A stretch of DNA of 64,000 bases from an uncultured Anaerolinea sp. Its GTDB lineage: Bacteria > Chloroflexota > Anaerolineae > Anaerolineales > UBA4823. Positions within the stretch are counted from its first letter, which is position 1. Each line of letters opens with the position of its first letter. Location of the stretch: assembly GCA_964595435.1 (NCBI GenBank), contig CAZQQJ010000004.1, positions 35,377-99,376 of the forward strand. The letters run 5' to 3'. The position numbers and the translations under genes were made by a program. The notes below the pieces were generated by a model. The model searched no databases. It worked only from the letters and a program-made list of their open reading frames with translations, and was not told where the DNA came from. Shown here piece after piece: positions 9,096 to 18,810 of the stretch.

Positions 9096-9995
9096 ATGAA
9101 TGCAGGCAAATCTTGGCGAATTTTCCTCGCTCTTGGCTCCACCTTTGCTCTGGTTGTCATCATAGTGTTTGCATTTACACAGGTGAAGGCGCAGGACCAG
9201 CAGGTGATGGAACTTGCCGAACGTTTGAAACAGCGTGGGGTGCCTGTAATGCACGTGATCGTGCTCAGCCGCGTTCCTTTCGAAGTTGAAATTGCCTTAC
9301 AAAGCTCGAGCGAGGATGATCGCCTGTCATTGGAAGATAACTGGTTTATGCAACTGGCCCAGCGAGAGGCCGTCTTAACTTATCGCTTCACCGTAGGGCT
9401 TGACAGTTATTTGCTAAAGGTCTACAACGCCAAAGGCGCTCTGATCTATTCGGTGCAAACGTACTTGCACTCCAGAGATCTGAGCCAACAACTGGTCATG
9501 CCAGGAAAACCCGGGCTTAATGATCAGGAAACGAAGGAGATTATCGCCAGCAAACTCCAGTTGTCCGGGTTATCTGTGGATGTGTTGGAAGTGAACCCTG
9601 AAGATTCAAATGGCAGCGATGGCCAAATCTTACTCATCCAGGTATCGGCAAAAAATTTAGAGATGGCAAACCAGTCTCTGCCAGTTTTTCTGGATTCGTT
9701 TTTCTACCTTCTGGACACTGTAAATGTTGAGTATGGCACATCTCTTGTGCTTTGCCACCTCAGATTAGTAGACGATCAAGGCAATATCTTGCTGGATTAC
9801 GTAAAAGACGTAGAAACGGGCGCAGATCAATGGACGTCCGTACAAGGTCTTTACGACGAATGGCACCCCGGTATTTATATTCCTGGTTCGACTTCGTCTC
9901 CTTCATCGACTCTAGAAGCTTATCCTGCTCCTGTAACTTCGCAACCGTTATTGCACACGGATTCCCCCACGCCGGCCTCTTATCCGGGACCTTAG
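9096..9995 (+). CDS. hypothetical membrane-anchored protein with Pro/Ser-rich tail
   Basis: 299-aa ORF with AAGGAG at 9084..9089. The N-terminal anchor is WRIFLALGSTFALVVIIVFAF. I do not recognise a family. Confidence 0.5.
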   Translation: MNAGKSWRIFLALGSTFALVVIIVFAFTQVKAQDQQVMELAERLKQRGVPVMHVIVLSRVPFEVEIALQSSSEDDRLSLEDNWFMQLAQREAVLTYRFTVGLDSYLLKVYNAKGALIYSVQTYLHSRDLSQQLVMPGKPGLNDQETKEIIASKLQLSGLSVDVLEVNPEDSNGSDGQILLIQVSAKNLEMANQSLPVFLDSFFYLLDTVNVEYGTSLVLCHLRLVDDQGNILLDYVKDVETGADQWTSVQGLYDEWHPGIYIPGSTSSPSSTLEAYPAPVTSQPLLHTDSPTPASYPGP

Positions 9996-10078
9996 GAGCC
10001 ACCCTCGTGTCACTCTTGGACGCATCGTAGGAGTGCCTCGGTTGGATGCACATCTGCTAGGTAGGCTCGGCCTGGCTG

Positions 10079-10571
10079 CTATCCCCTGCTCAAATGCCCC
10101 TCGAATATTTCCACTGCGCTCAACTCCGTCCTCGGGCTGGCGCAGCCGCGCAGATCTTCCACCACCAGCAGGGTCAGGTCCACACTGGTAGCTTGCCGGG
10201 CCAGGCGCACGGCCTGAGCGGCGTAGGCCAGGTTGTTCTTCGGCTCGATGCGGTCCAGGTCCTCGAAGAACCAGCCGCAGGAGGTGAACATGCGCTGGCG
10301 GTGCCGCTGCGCTTCGAGCAGCAGGCTGGTGCGCCGCACCTGTTCGGCGGTCAGCATGTGATGCGTGTTCTCGCCGAACAACGCCGCCAGGCTGATCTGC
10401 CCCAGCCATACGTGGATGTACCGATTGCCCAGTTGCCAGGGATCGTCGAACAACGGCTACGTGGCTTCCAGGTACAGGGTATCCATCTCGGCGGCCAGGC
10501 GGTCGAAAGCCCGCCGCAGGCGCACTTTCCAATCGCTCGGCCCCTGGCGTGCAGGCGCAGGCGCCGTTCCA
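10079..10571 (-). pseudogene. C-terminal fragment of a GH57-associated DUF3536-like protein
   Basis: The 124-aa ORF contains the MFTSCGWFFEDLDRIEPKNNLAYAAQAVRLA block I associate with DUF3536/GH57 proteins. The same frame continues upstream (SDWKVRLRRAFDRLAAEMDTLYLEAT) across an in-frame TAG at 10457..10459. It is cut off where the methyltransferase repeat begins at 10572. Confidence 0.55.
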
Positions 10572-10700
10572 GCGCCCCGCCCCGGCGACCCAACCTACGA
10601 TGCCTTCATCACTGCCTTGTGCGCCTTGTTCGACGCACACCAGGTGGATGGCGCCGTGGCAACGCAATACGATGCTTCGGTGACTTACGGACAGCTTTAG
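10572..10700 (+). pseudogene. 3' stub of methyltransferase A (last ~42 codons)
   Basis: It translates to APRPGDPTYDAFITALCALFDAHQVDGAVATQYDASVTYGQL. The full-length gene at 7094..7222 gives ...ALRALFDAHQVDGAVAVQYDASVTYGQL. No upstream coding continuation exists. Confidence 0.65.
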
Positions 10701-10986
10701 AAGGCGGGGTTTGCGCTATAATAACCCCATCTAAAAGGACCAATTTATGCCCGACGACATCCACGACATCCAGCAATTCTACGACAGCCCCGAGAGCATT
10801 GCTCACGAGGCCGATCGCCTGTTCCGCCACCAGCTCGAGCGCGACATCACCCTGCGCTATTTCGAAACGTATCTGCCGGCTGCCGGGCGCATCCTCGAAA
10901 TTGGCGCTGCCACCGGGGCTTATACCCTCTGGTTGGCGCAGCGCGGCTATCACGTCACCGCCGTCGATCTTTCGCCTGGCTTGCAG
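10572..10986. repeat. direct repeat copy 2 (uninterrupted, 415 bp)
   Basis: Aligns with 7094..7244 plus 7845..8095. The copies differ at roughly one position in ten by eye. Confidence 0.8.
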
Positions 10987-11571
10987 GCCGAAGCTCGCCG
11001 GCGTATTCAGGAGCAGGGCCTGCAAGCCCGGGTAGATTTCCACCTGGCCGACGCCCGCGACCTGGACGCCGTGCCGGGCAGCGGCTTCGACGCCGTCCTG
11101 CTGATGGGGCCAATGTACCACCTGGTGCTGGAAGAGGACCGGGCTGTAGCGCTACGTCAGGCCATCAGTCGCCTGCGCCCGGGCGGCGTGCTCTTTTCGG
11201 CCTGGATCAGCCGCCTGGGCATCCTGGGTGACCTGATCCGCAGGGTGCCCGAATGGATCGAAGAAAAGGCTGAAGTCCGCGCCATCATCGAACGTGGCCG
11301 CGACCCTGAAGATTACCATCGGGGCGGTTTCCGTGGCTACTTCGCCCGGCTGGATGAATTGATTCCCTTTCACGAAGCTTCCGGTTTGCAGACGCTGGTT
11401 TTGGCCGGTGTCGAACCGGTCATCTCTTCCGACGACGAAAGCTACAACCGGTTGGAAGGAGAACATCGCCGCCTGTGGCTGGACCTGCTCTTCGAAATGA
11501 GCACCGAGCGTGACCTCATCGCCGGCTCGCGCCATTTGCTCTATATTGGGTCAAAGAGCCGGGGGATGTAG
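10747..11571 (+). CDS. class I SAM-dependent methyltransferase (B)
   Basis: 274-aa ORF with motif I ILEIGAATGAYTLWLA and a post-I acidic residue. Its length is typical for small-molecule methyltransferases. Confidence 0.8.
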   Translation: MPDDIHDIQQFYDSPESIAHEADRLFRHQLERDITLRYFETYLPAAGRILEIGAATGAYTLWLAQRGYHVTAVDLSPGLQAEARRRIQEQGLQARVDFHLADARDLDAVPGSGFDAVLLMGPMYHLVLEEDRAVALRQAISRLRPGGVLFSAWISRLGILGDLIRRVPEWIEEKAEVRAIIERGRDPEDYHRGGFRGYFARLDELIPFHEASGLQTLVLAGVEPVISSDDESYNRLEGEHRRLWLDLLFEMSTERDLIAGSRHLLYIGSKSRGM

Positions 11572-11665
11572 GCGTTTCATCTGGTGGGGGGCTTGCCCGG
11601 TCGTACGCGCTCTCCGGCGACACTCAGAGTGAACCGAACAGCCAATGCGGCGTCCGCAGAGATAC

Positions 11666-14341
11666 TTATGCTTTCTGTGGCGGAGGGGTTTGGATTTCAT
11701 CCTGATAGGTGACGACGCGATTGCGTCCATCTTGCTTGGCACGGTATAGGGCGCGATCGGCGTAGATCAAAACCTCTTCGGCATTTAATCCGTGCAGGGG
11801 ATAAGCAGCCACACCCAGCGATAGCGTGGTATGGACGGTAAACTCCTCGTAGATGGTGCGTATGGCGTCGAAGCGGGCGCGAATCAGTTCGGCGCGCTCG
11901 TAGGTCGCCTCCAGCGATGCGCCGGGTAATACGATGACAAATTCTTCTCCTCCATAACGGCAGGCGATGTCTTCCATGCGGCAGCTCGATTTCAGCAGCG
12001 TTCCCAGGGTTTGCAGAATGACATCGCCGGCAGTGTGGCCGAAGGTGTCGTTGACCGTTTTAAAGTGATCGATATCCATAATAATGATGCCAATTGGCAG
12101 GCCAGCCCGGTTGCCGCGGGATATTTCCCGTGCAAGGGCCTCTTGCAAGAAACGCCGGTTATATAAACCCGTCAGGGGATCGCGAATGGCCTGTTCGTGC
12201 AACTCGACCTGCAAAGCCCGGATTTCTTTCAGTTGCAACCGGAGGCGATCGTTTGCCTGGCGTAGCTCGTCCACCAGCCAGGCATTGGTCACCGCGATGG
12301 CTGCCTGGTCGGCGAAGGATCGCAGGCGCTCGGTGTGGGCCGGTGAGAAAAATCCCGGCGTGGCGCTTTCAAGATTGATAAAGCCAACCACCGTGCCTCT
12401 CACCTGGATGGGCATGCCGGCGTAAGAACGTACCCAGGGGGCGTTCCTGTCTTCTTCCCAGTCCGGGGCGGAGGTTGTATTGGACACAATCACTGGTTGG
12501 CCGGTATCCGCCATGCCATGCAGGTAGGGCACGCTGGCAATCGGGAAACTCCGGGAACGGGTTTGTGCCGTCTTCTCTTCCGGGATATTGCCTTTGTAAC
12601 GAACGACGCGCACGGTGTTTTCTTCGTCTACCAGCATAATGCTGGCCGCGTCATGTTGCACCACCCGTTCGACGTTGGCAAGAATGTTGTCGAGCACCTG
12701 ATCCAGATCGAGGGTGCTGTTGAGCGCCGCGGCTGTGTCGCGCAGCGCTTCAGCCAGGGCGCGCTGTTCGTGTTCGGCCTCTTCGAAGCGTTTGCGTTCG
12801 GTGATGTCTTCGATCAAAGATGCCGCGCCGATGATCCTGCCGTCCTGGTTGACCAGGGGTGTGCTGTACCATTCGCAGGCGATCTTGCGGCCGTCTTTGG
12901 TGATATTTTCATAGATGTCGTGCCTTGCCCCTTGCCTGGCCAATAGATCGATCCAGTCCTGGTTCACGCGCTGGCGGCCACATTCCGGCACAATCAAATC
13001 TGCGGTATACCGCCCGATGGCTTCATCCCGGCTGTAACCGAATATCCTTTCTGCGCCTGGATTCCAGGCTTCGACCTCGAAATCCAGGTTCCACTCGATC
13101 GCTGCCAGAGGGGTTTGCTGGACATGGAGCGAGAGCCTTTGTTCCGATTGGCGCAGGGCTTCGGTTTGTGCTTCCAGTTCGGATGTGCGCGCGGCCACGC
13201 GCTCTTCGAGGCCCTCGATCAATTCCCGCAACTGGATCGTCATGGCGTTGAAGGCATTTCCCAATGTGCCGATTTCGTCTTCGCGCTGGATGAACGCGGT
13301 TTGGGTAAGGTCGCCTCCTGCCACGCGGGTAGCCGCGAAGGTCAGGTGTTCCAACGGCGTCGCGATGCTGCGGGTCACCATAATTGCTGCACCAATGGCG
13401 ATCAAGAGAGTCACGAAGGTCAGGCTGAGCGAGAGCCACAGATTTTGAAATGTCGTGGCAAAGGCTTCTGCCTGGCTCTGTTCCGCCAGGAGTGCGGCCT
13501 GCATTTCTGGCAGCCAGCGATACACGCCCAGCACAGCCACCGCTGGCTGCTGGTAGTTGGCGTATAATCCATAGCCGTTTTCTCCCCGCAGCGCAGCCCG
13601 TGCGCCCTGGGTATCGACGAATCTGGATACTCCGATGCTTCCCCGTCGCGGCGCAGTTAACATGTAAGAATCTGCACCGACCAGATACGTTTCGCCGGTT
13701 TGTCCCAATCCGGCGCGTTCTTGCATGATCGCGTTGAGGGTGTGCATTCCGGCTACGCCAGCCAGCACGCCACGTACCATGCCTTTCTGGTCGCGCACTG
13801 GCGTCGCCGCAAAGACGACTACCGAGCCGTTATATAATCGAGATGGAGAAGGGGATTGAACATAGGACGTAGACAGGCCTTTTTGAAAGAATTCTTGATC
13901 GCTGAGCGACGCCCCTTCACTGGCGCGATTGGTTGCAACGACCACTTTTCCGGTTGTGTCGATCAAGAATACTTCGTCAAACTTATGCCCGGAAGCCTGT
14001 GCGACAGTGATGGTATCGATCAAGATCTCTCGCCACCCGGCCAGCACGAATTCATTGTGTTCGCTGACCAGCAATTCAGAAATATTCGCGCTGACGCTGG
14101 GATTGGCTACCAGCAGCTCCAGGTCTATGGGGAGAGAGGTAAACCAGGTTTCAACCTCGTGCTTTTTCAACGTCACCACTGAGGTCAACTGGGCCACAAC
14201 CTGGGCGCGGCTGTTTTCATATTGTCGCCAGATATGGACAGCGTTGATGCAGAAGATGGGTATGAGCACCAATAGCAAGAATGCGCTCAACAGGGTGCGT
14301 GCCAGGCTGCCGCGCCGGACGATCGAGCGCACGAAACTCAT
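11666..14341 (-). CDS. sensor diguanylate cyclase (TM-dCache-TM-HAMP-PAS-GAF-GGDEF)
   Basis: 891 aa. Two TM helices flank a periplasmic domain of about 250 aa. A PAS domain (AIEWNLDFEVEAWNPGAERIFGYSRDEAIG) and a GAF-like region follow. The C-terminal GGDEF domain has an intact RYGGEEFVIV active site. Confidence 0.85.
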   Translation of the reverse strand: MSFVRSIVRRGSLARTLLSAFLLLVLIPIFCINAVHIWRQYENSRAQVVAQLTSVVTLKKHEVETWFTSLPIDLELLVANPSVSANISELLVSEHNEFVLAGWREILIDTITVAQASGHKFDEVFLIDTTGKVVVATNRASEGASLSDQEFFQKGLSTSYVQSPSPSRLYNGSVVVFAATPVRDQKGMVRGVLAGVAGMHTLNAIMQERAGLGQTGETYLVGADSYMLTAPRRGSIGVSRFVDTQGARAALRGENGYGLYANYQQPAVAVLGVYRWLPEMQAALLAEQSQAEAFATTFQNLWLSLSLTFVTLLIAIGAAIMVTRSIATPLEHLTFAATRVAGGDLTQTAFIQREDEIGTLGNAFNAMTIQLRELIEGLEERVAARTSELEAQTEALRQSEQRLSLHVQQTPLAAIEWNLDFEVEAWNPGAERIFGYSRDEAIGRYTADLIVPECGRQRVNQDWIDLLARQGARHDIYENITKDGRKIACEWYSTPLVNQDGRIIGAASLIEDITERKRFEEAEHEQRALAEALRDTAAALNSTLDLDQVLDNILANVERVVQHDAASIMLVDEENTVRVVRYKGNIPEEKTAQTRSRSFPIASVPYLHGMADTGQPVIVSNTTSAPDWEEDRNAPWVRSYAGMPIQVRGTVVGFINLESATPGFFSPAHTERLRSFADQAAIAVTNAWLVDELRQANDRLRLQLKEIRALQVELHEQAIRDPLTGLYNRRFLQEALAREISRGNRAGLPIGIIIMDIDHFKTVNDTFGHTAGDVILQTLGTLLKSSCRMEDIACRYGGEEFVIVLPGASLEATYERAELIRARFDAIRTIYEEFTVHTTLSLGVAAYPLHGLNAEEVLIYADRALYRAKQDGRNRVVTYQDEIQTPPPQKA

Positions 14342-15783
14342 TTCTCACCAACGAGGCATTGATCCGCTTCGGTTGCTAACCTGTCCAGTTCTACCTGAAG
14401 GTCCAGTTGATCGCCGCCGGGTTGCCAGACCTTGAACAAAAACTCAGACGTGGGGCCATTGGCCACGCAGGGGAAGAAGCGCGAGTTGGTGGCGTCATCC
14501 ACCACGTCGACATACTCGGTCTCGGCCAGGAATACCCCCCAGAACGGATCGTTGATGCGTTGGTACTCGACTGCCAGCGGTTTGTATTGCGTCATGGCTC
14601 TACGTGTGAAGGCCCGTTGTCCAGGATCGGTGGTCAGCCATTTGAGCAAAGCCCACGCCTCTTGAGGATAATCGCTCCGGGCGTTCAAACCCCAGCCCAT
14701 CCACATAATCACGCCCTTGTGCCCTGCCGGCCCGGTTGGCAGCGGGACCACGGTCCACTTGAGCCCAGGCACCGCATTCAGGGTTTCCTGGAACCACGGC
14801 CCCCAGTGGTCGACCATGGCCAGCTTACCCTCTTTGAACAGGCTCATATTGCCATCTTGTTGCGCCCTGAGCACCTCGCCGTCCGGGGCCACGTGATATT
14901 TGTGGATCAGATCGCGGCTGAATTCCCAGGCGTGTAAGGCGTTTTTACTGTTCAGGTAACCCTGGGTGGTGGTCGCATCCGGGCTGATGGCATGCGCACC
15001 GAACGAATAAAGCCGGTTCTCGAAGCCTCTGAACCAGCCTTTGCTCCCGCTCCAATAGGGGCTGCTGGTTCCATATTGGGTGATATGGTTAGGGTCGAAA
15101 TCTTTCTCGGATGCGTTGCGCCCATTTTGATCCAGCGTCAATTGTTGGGCGATTTTCAGGTAATCGTCATAGGTCCAGCCTTCTTCGGGGATGGGAATGC
15201 CGGCCTTTTCGAACATCCCCACGTTGATGTAGACGGCACAGGTGCTGAAGTCTTTGTTAATCGCCCGTGGTGTGCCCTTATAGAAACCGGCTTTCCATAC
15301 GCCCTGGAAATAGAACTCTTCCGGCTTGAAGCTGGGATCGGCTGCAATAAATGGCGTGAGGTCGGCCAGCCCGCCCGCCTCGGTATAGGCCGGGATATAA
15401 CTTGATTCTACGGCAATCAGGTCAGAGGCGGTGCCGGCCTGGATGTGGGCCAGGCGCTTGGCGTCTGCGCCCTCTTGGTTTTGGTCTACGATTTCAACCT
15501 TGATGCAGGGATAGGCTTCCTGAAAACCGCTCAGCACCTCGTCCCTGGCGGCTTTCGCCTCGTCTGTATTGGACCAATCGTCCAACCGGATGGTGATTAA
15601 AGCGGTAGGGCAGGCGGGCTGGATCGGCCCCGCTTTTGCCGCCTGGGGCGTTGAAGTGGGTTCTGGCTGGGGGGATGTCGGATGGGATGGCGTTGAGGTT
15701 GGCCTGGCGCAGCCAGCCAGGATCAATGCGAATAGAGCCACGATTTCTATCGATTTGTCCCACAACATGCGCTTCCAGGTCAT
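14338..15783 (-). CDS. extracellular solute-binding protein (ABC family-1-like lipoprotein)
   Basis: 481 aa with a lipobox ALILAGC followed by a Pro/Thr/Ser linker. Its size and composition resemble sugar-type SBPs. Its stop overlaps the cyclase start (ATGA at 14338..14341). Confidence 0.75.
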   Translation of the reverse strand: MTWKRMLWDKSIEIVALFALILAGCARPTSTPSHPTSPQPEPTSTPQAAKAGPIQPACPTALITIRLDDWSNTDEAKAARDEVLSGFQEAYPCIKVEIVDQNQEGADAKRLAHIQAGTASDLIAVESSYIPAYTEAGGLADLTPFIAADPSFKPEEFYFQGVWKAGFYKGTPRAINKDFSTCAVYINVGMFEKAGIPIPEEGWTYDDYLKIAQQLTLDQNGRNASEKDFDPNHITQYGTSSPYWSGSKGWFRGFENRLYSFGAHAISPDATTTQGYLNSKNALHAWEFSRDLIHKYHVAPDGEVLRAQQDGNMSLFKEGKLAMVDHWGPWFQETLNAVPGLKWTVVPLPTGPAGHKGVIMWMGWGLNARSDYPQEAWALLKWLTTDPGQRAFTRRAMTQYKPLAVEYQRINDPFWGVFLAETEYVDVVDDATNSRFFPCVANGPTSEFLFKVWQPGGDQLDLQVELDRLATEADQCLVGEK

Positions 15784-15979
15784 CTTTTTGTCTTCCTTGG
15801 GGTTCAGCGTTGCCCGCAGCTTTGGTTTTAAAATTCACCCCTTACAAGAATTGCTTGGGGTTGATGGAATTCAACGCCAGCGTCAGAGCGCTGGCAACGC
15901 ATGATAAAGTTTACCCGATCTTAACAGGAAATGCAATTGAGGCGCGCTACAGTTTTGTTAGTTATGCCTCAATAACCGG

Positions 15980-16027
15980 GGAGCAGTGTGGTTTAGACGG
16001 CTTCGCTCGCCCGAATCACACTGCTCC
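15980..16027 (-). terminator. hairpin downstream of valS
   Basis: An 11-bp perfect stem, GGAGCAGTGTG (15980..15990) with CACACTGCTCC (16017..16027), lies 17 nt after the valS stop. The loop is large and there is no U-tract, so this is weak as an intrinsic terminator. Confidence 0.3.
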
Positions 16028-16043
16028 ACTTCCCCCATTGCTG

Positions 16044-18770
16044 TTAATCCAGAGCCTGTAACTGTCCTCTGATCTTCTCCGCTGTCTCCTGATACCCGGC
16101 CAGCTTATCGCGCTCCTTCTGCACCACTGCCGCCGGGGCCTTCTCGGCGAACGACGAGCCGAGCAGCTTCTCCAACCGCTCGATCTGCGCCTGTGCGTCA
16201 GCCAGGTCTTTTTCCAGGCGGGCGCGCTCCTCGCTGCTGTCTACCAGACCAGCCAGCGGCAGGAAGATTTCCACCGGTCCAACCACCAGGGCGATGCTGC
16301 CCTCCGGCTTGGCCGGGATGCTTTCCTGGATGGTTGTCGCCGTTGCATCCAGCCCGGCCAGCGCGGCCAGGGCGTCCGCCTGCTGGCGCAGCACCGCCGC
16401 CGCGCTGGTTGAAACCAGAGTCGCCGGGATGCGCCGCCCCGGTTTGACGTTCTTTTCCGAGCGCAGGTTGCGCACCGTGCGCACCACTTCCTGCAGCAGC
16501 GCGAAATCGGCCACCTTGCCGGTTTCCCAGCCTTCCTCGGGGCGCTGCTCGGGCCATGCTGCCACAATCAATGCCTCGGGCCAGTTTTGCGCAAGATGAG
16601 CCAGTGGTGAATCCAGCAGGGCCCGGCGCAGGTGGCCCCACAGTTCCTCGGTGATGAACGGCGTAAAGGGATGCAGCAGGCGCAGGCTGATGTCCATCAC
16701 CCGCGCCAGTGTCTCGGCGGTCAGCGCGGCGCGCCCTCCGCCCTGGTTGAGCTGCAGCTTGGCGATCTCCACGTACCAGTCGGCGAAATCGCCCCAGAAG
16801 AACTCGTAGATCTGCCGTCCCGCCTCGCCATACTGGAAACCCTGGAACAACCGCTCTACGTCCCGCACCAGCCCCTGCAAGCGCGCCCAGATCCACGAAT
16901 CCGCTAATGTCCACGCCACCTGTTTGCCAGTCTCTGTGCGCCCGGGCGCTTGATCGTTCGCCGCCAGGTTGCTCAGGGCTGCAATGACGAACCTCCCCGC
17001 GTTCCACATCTTATTCGCAAAATTGCGATTGGCTTCTACCCGCTTGACGCTCAGGTTCATATCGTTTCCCGGCGTTGAGCCGACCAGCAGGGTGAAGCGC
17101 AGCGCGTCCGTGCCCAGCTCGTTCATTACCTCCAGCGGGTCGATCACGTTGCCGTAGGTCTTGCTCATCTTGCGCCCGTGCTCGTCGCGGATCAGGCCGT
17201 GCAGGTATACCGTGTGGAAAGGAATCTGCCCGGTGTATTCCAGCCCGGACATAATCATGCGCGCTACCCAGAAGAACAGGATGTCGTAACCGGTCTCCAT
17301 GTAGGAGGTGGGGTAGAAGTATTTGTAATCGGGGGTTTCCTCCGGCCAGCCCAGCGTGGAGAACGGCCATAACCCGGACGAGAACCACGTATCCAGCACA
17401 TCGGGGTCTTGCGCGATGTGCGTCGAGCCGCAGGCCGCACAGGCGGTCGGGTCCTGGCGCGCCACGGTCATCTTGCCGCATTCTTTGCAGTACCAGACCG
17501 GGATACGGTGCCCCCACCACAACTGGCGGGAGATGCACCAGTCTTCGATGTTCTCCAGCCAGTTGTAATACACCTTGGCGAAACGTTCTGGCACGATACG
17601 AATACGCCCATCGCGCACTGCTTGCAACGCGGCCTCGGCCAGCGGTTGGATGCGCACGAACCATTGGGTGGATACCATTGGTTCGACGATCTCGCCTCCG
17701 CGCTGGCTGCGTGGCACACTGAGCAGGTAAGGCTCTTCTTTGAGCACCAGCCCGGCGGCGCGCATATCTTCCCACAATTTCTTGCGCGCTTCGTAGCGGT
17801 CCATCCCTGCGTAGGCTCCTCCGTTGGCATTGACCCGCGCCGTTTCGTCTAAGATGGAGATCACCGGTAAACCGTGCCGTTCGCCGATCTGGAAATCGGT
17901 GGGGTCGTGCCCCGGGGTTACCTTGAGCGCCCCGCCGCCGAACTCGCGCTGCACTGCCTCGTCGGCGATCACCGGAATGTGGCGGCCCAGGATCGGCACG
18001 ACCACTTCGCGCCCGATATATTTCTGGTAGCGCTCATCTTCAGGGTGTACCGCCACGGCGCTATCGCCCAGGATAGTTTCGGGGCGGGTAGTCGCCACGG
18101 GCAGGTATTCTTCTGGGTTATCGGCCAGCACGTACTTGAAATAATACAGCGTGCCCGGTTCTTCGACGTATTCCACCTCCAGGTCGGAGACGGCTGTCTT
18201 CAGACCGGGCGACCAGTTGATCAGGCGCGGTCCGCGATAGATCAGGTCTTTTTCGTATAGCCGGACGAACGCCTCGCGCACTGCCCGTGATAGCCCTTCA
18301 TCCAGGGTGAAACGTTCGCGTTCCCAGTCACACGAGGCTCCCAGGCGGCGGATCTGGCGGGTGATGATCCCGCCGTATTTCTCCTTCCATGCCCAGGTGC
18401 GGCGCAGGAACTCTTCGCGCCCGATCTGCTCGCGCGTCAGCCCTTCTTTGGCCAGCGACTTTTCCACCTGGAGCTGCGTGGCAATGCCGGCGTGGTCGCT
18501 GCCCGGCACCCACAACGTGGAATAGCCTTTCATGCGGTGATAACGGATCATCAGGTCTTCCATCGAGACGAACATGGCGTGGCCCAGGTGTAACTCGCCG
18601 GTCACGTTGGGCGGCGGGATGGAAATGACGAACGACGCTATGCCTGGGTCGAAGTCCGGCTTGTTCGGATCGTTGGCTGGTTTGAAGTAGCCATTCTTTT
18701 CCCACCATTCGTAGATGCGCTGTTCGGTGGCGTGGAAGTCATAAGCTTTGGGGAGGGTGATTTCGGTCAT
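16044..18770 (-). CDS. valS: valine--tRNA ligase, canonical bacterial type
   Basis: The ORF track begins at 18911, but the family-typical N-terminus MTEITLPKAYDFHATEQRIYEWW starts at ATG 18770. The HIGH motif is PPNVTGELHLGH and the KMSKS motif is KMSKTYG. A C-terminal coiled coil is present (RLEKDLADAQAQIERLEKLL). Confidence 0.9.
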   Translation of the reverse strand: MTEITLPKAYDFHATEQRIYEWWEKNGYFKPANDPNKPDFDPGIASFVISIPPPNVTGELHLGHAMFVSMEDLMIRYHRMKGYSTLWVPGSDHAGIATQLQVEKSLAKEGLTREQIGREEFLRRTWAWKEKYGGIITRQIRRLGASCDWERERFTLDEGLSRAVREAFVRLYEKDLIYRGPRLINWSPGLKTAVSDLEVEYVEEPGTLYYFKYVLADNPEEYLPVATTRPETILGDSAVAVHPEDERYQKYIGREVVVPILGRHIPVIADEAVQREFGGGALKVTPGHDPTDFQIGERHGLPVISILDETARVNANGGAYAGMDRYEARKKLWEDMRAAGLVLKEEPYLLSVPRSQRGGEIVEPMVSTQWFVRIQPLAEAALQAVRDGRIRIVPERFAKVYYNWLENIEDWCISRQLWWGHRIPVWYCKECGKMTVARQDPTACAACGSTHIAQDPDVLDTWFSSGLWPFSTLGWPEETPDYKYFYPTSYMETGYDILFFWVARMIMSGLEYTGQIPFHTVYLHGLIRDEHGRKMSKTYGNVIDPLEVMNELGTDALRFTLLVGSTPGNDMNLSVKRVEANRNFANKMWNAGRFVIAALSNLAANDQAPGRTETGKQVAWTLADSWIWARLQGLVRDVERLFQGFQYGEAGRQIYEFFWGDFADWYVEIAKLQLNQGGGRAALTAETLARVMDISLRLLHPFTPFITEELWGHLRRALLDSPLAHLAQNWPEALIVAAWPEQRPEEGWETGKVADFALLQEVVRTVRNLRSEKNVKPGRRIPATLVSTSAAAVLRQQADALAALAGLDATATTIQESIPAKPEGSIALVVGPVEIFLPLAGLVDSSEERARLEKDLADAQAQIERLEKLLGSSFAEKAPAAVVQKERDKLAGYQETAEKIRGQLQALD

Positions 18771-18810
18771 AATACCTCGGTGAAATAGGAATGAGTCGAT
18801 CAGGAAGCAG

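Noticed and set aside
9948-11121. Long ORFs (239, 313 and 170 aa) running across the GH57-fragment/methyltransferase junction
   Set aside because: They cross the recombination junction and have low-complexity Arg/Pro/Ala composition. They conflict with the recognisable pseudogene and methyltransferase frames.
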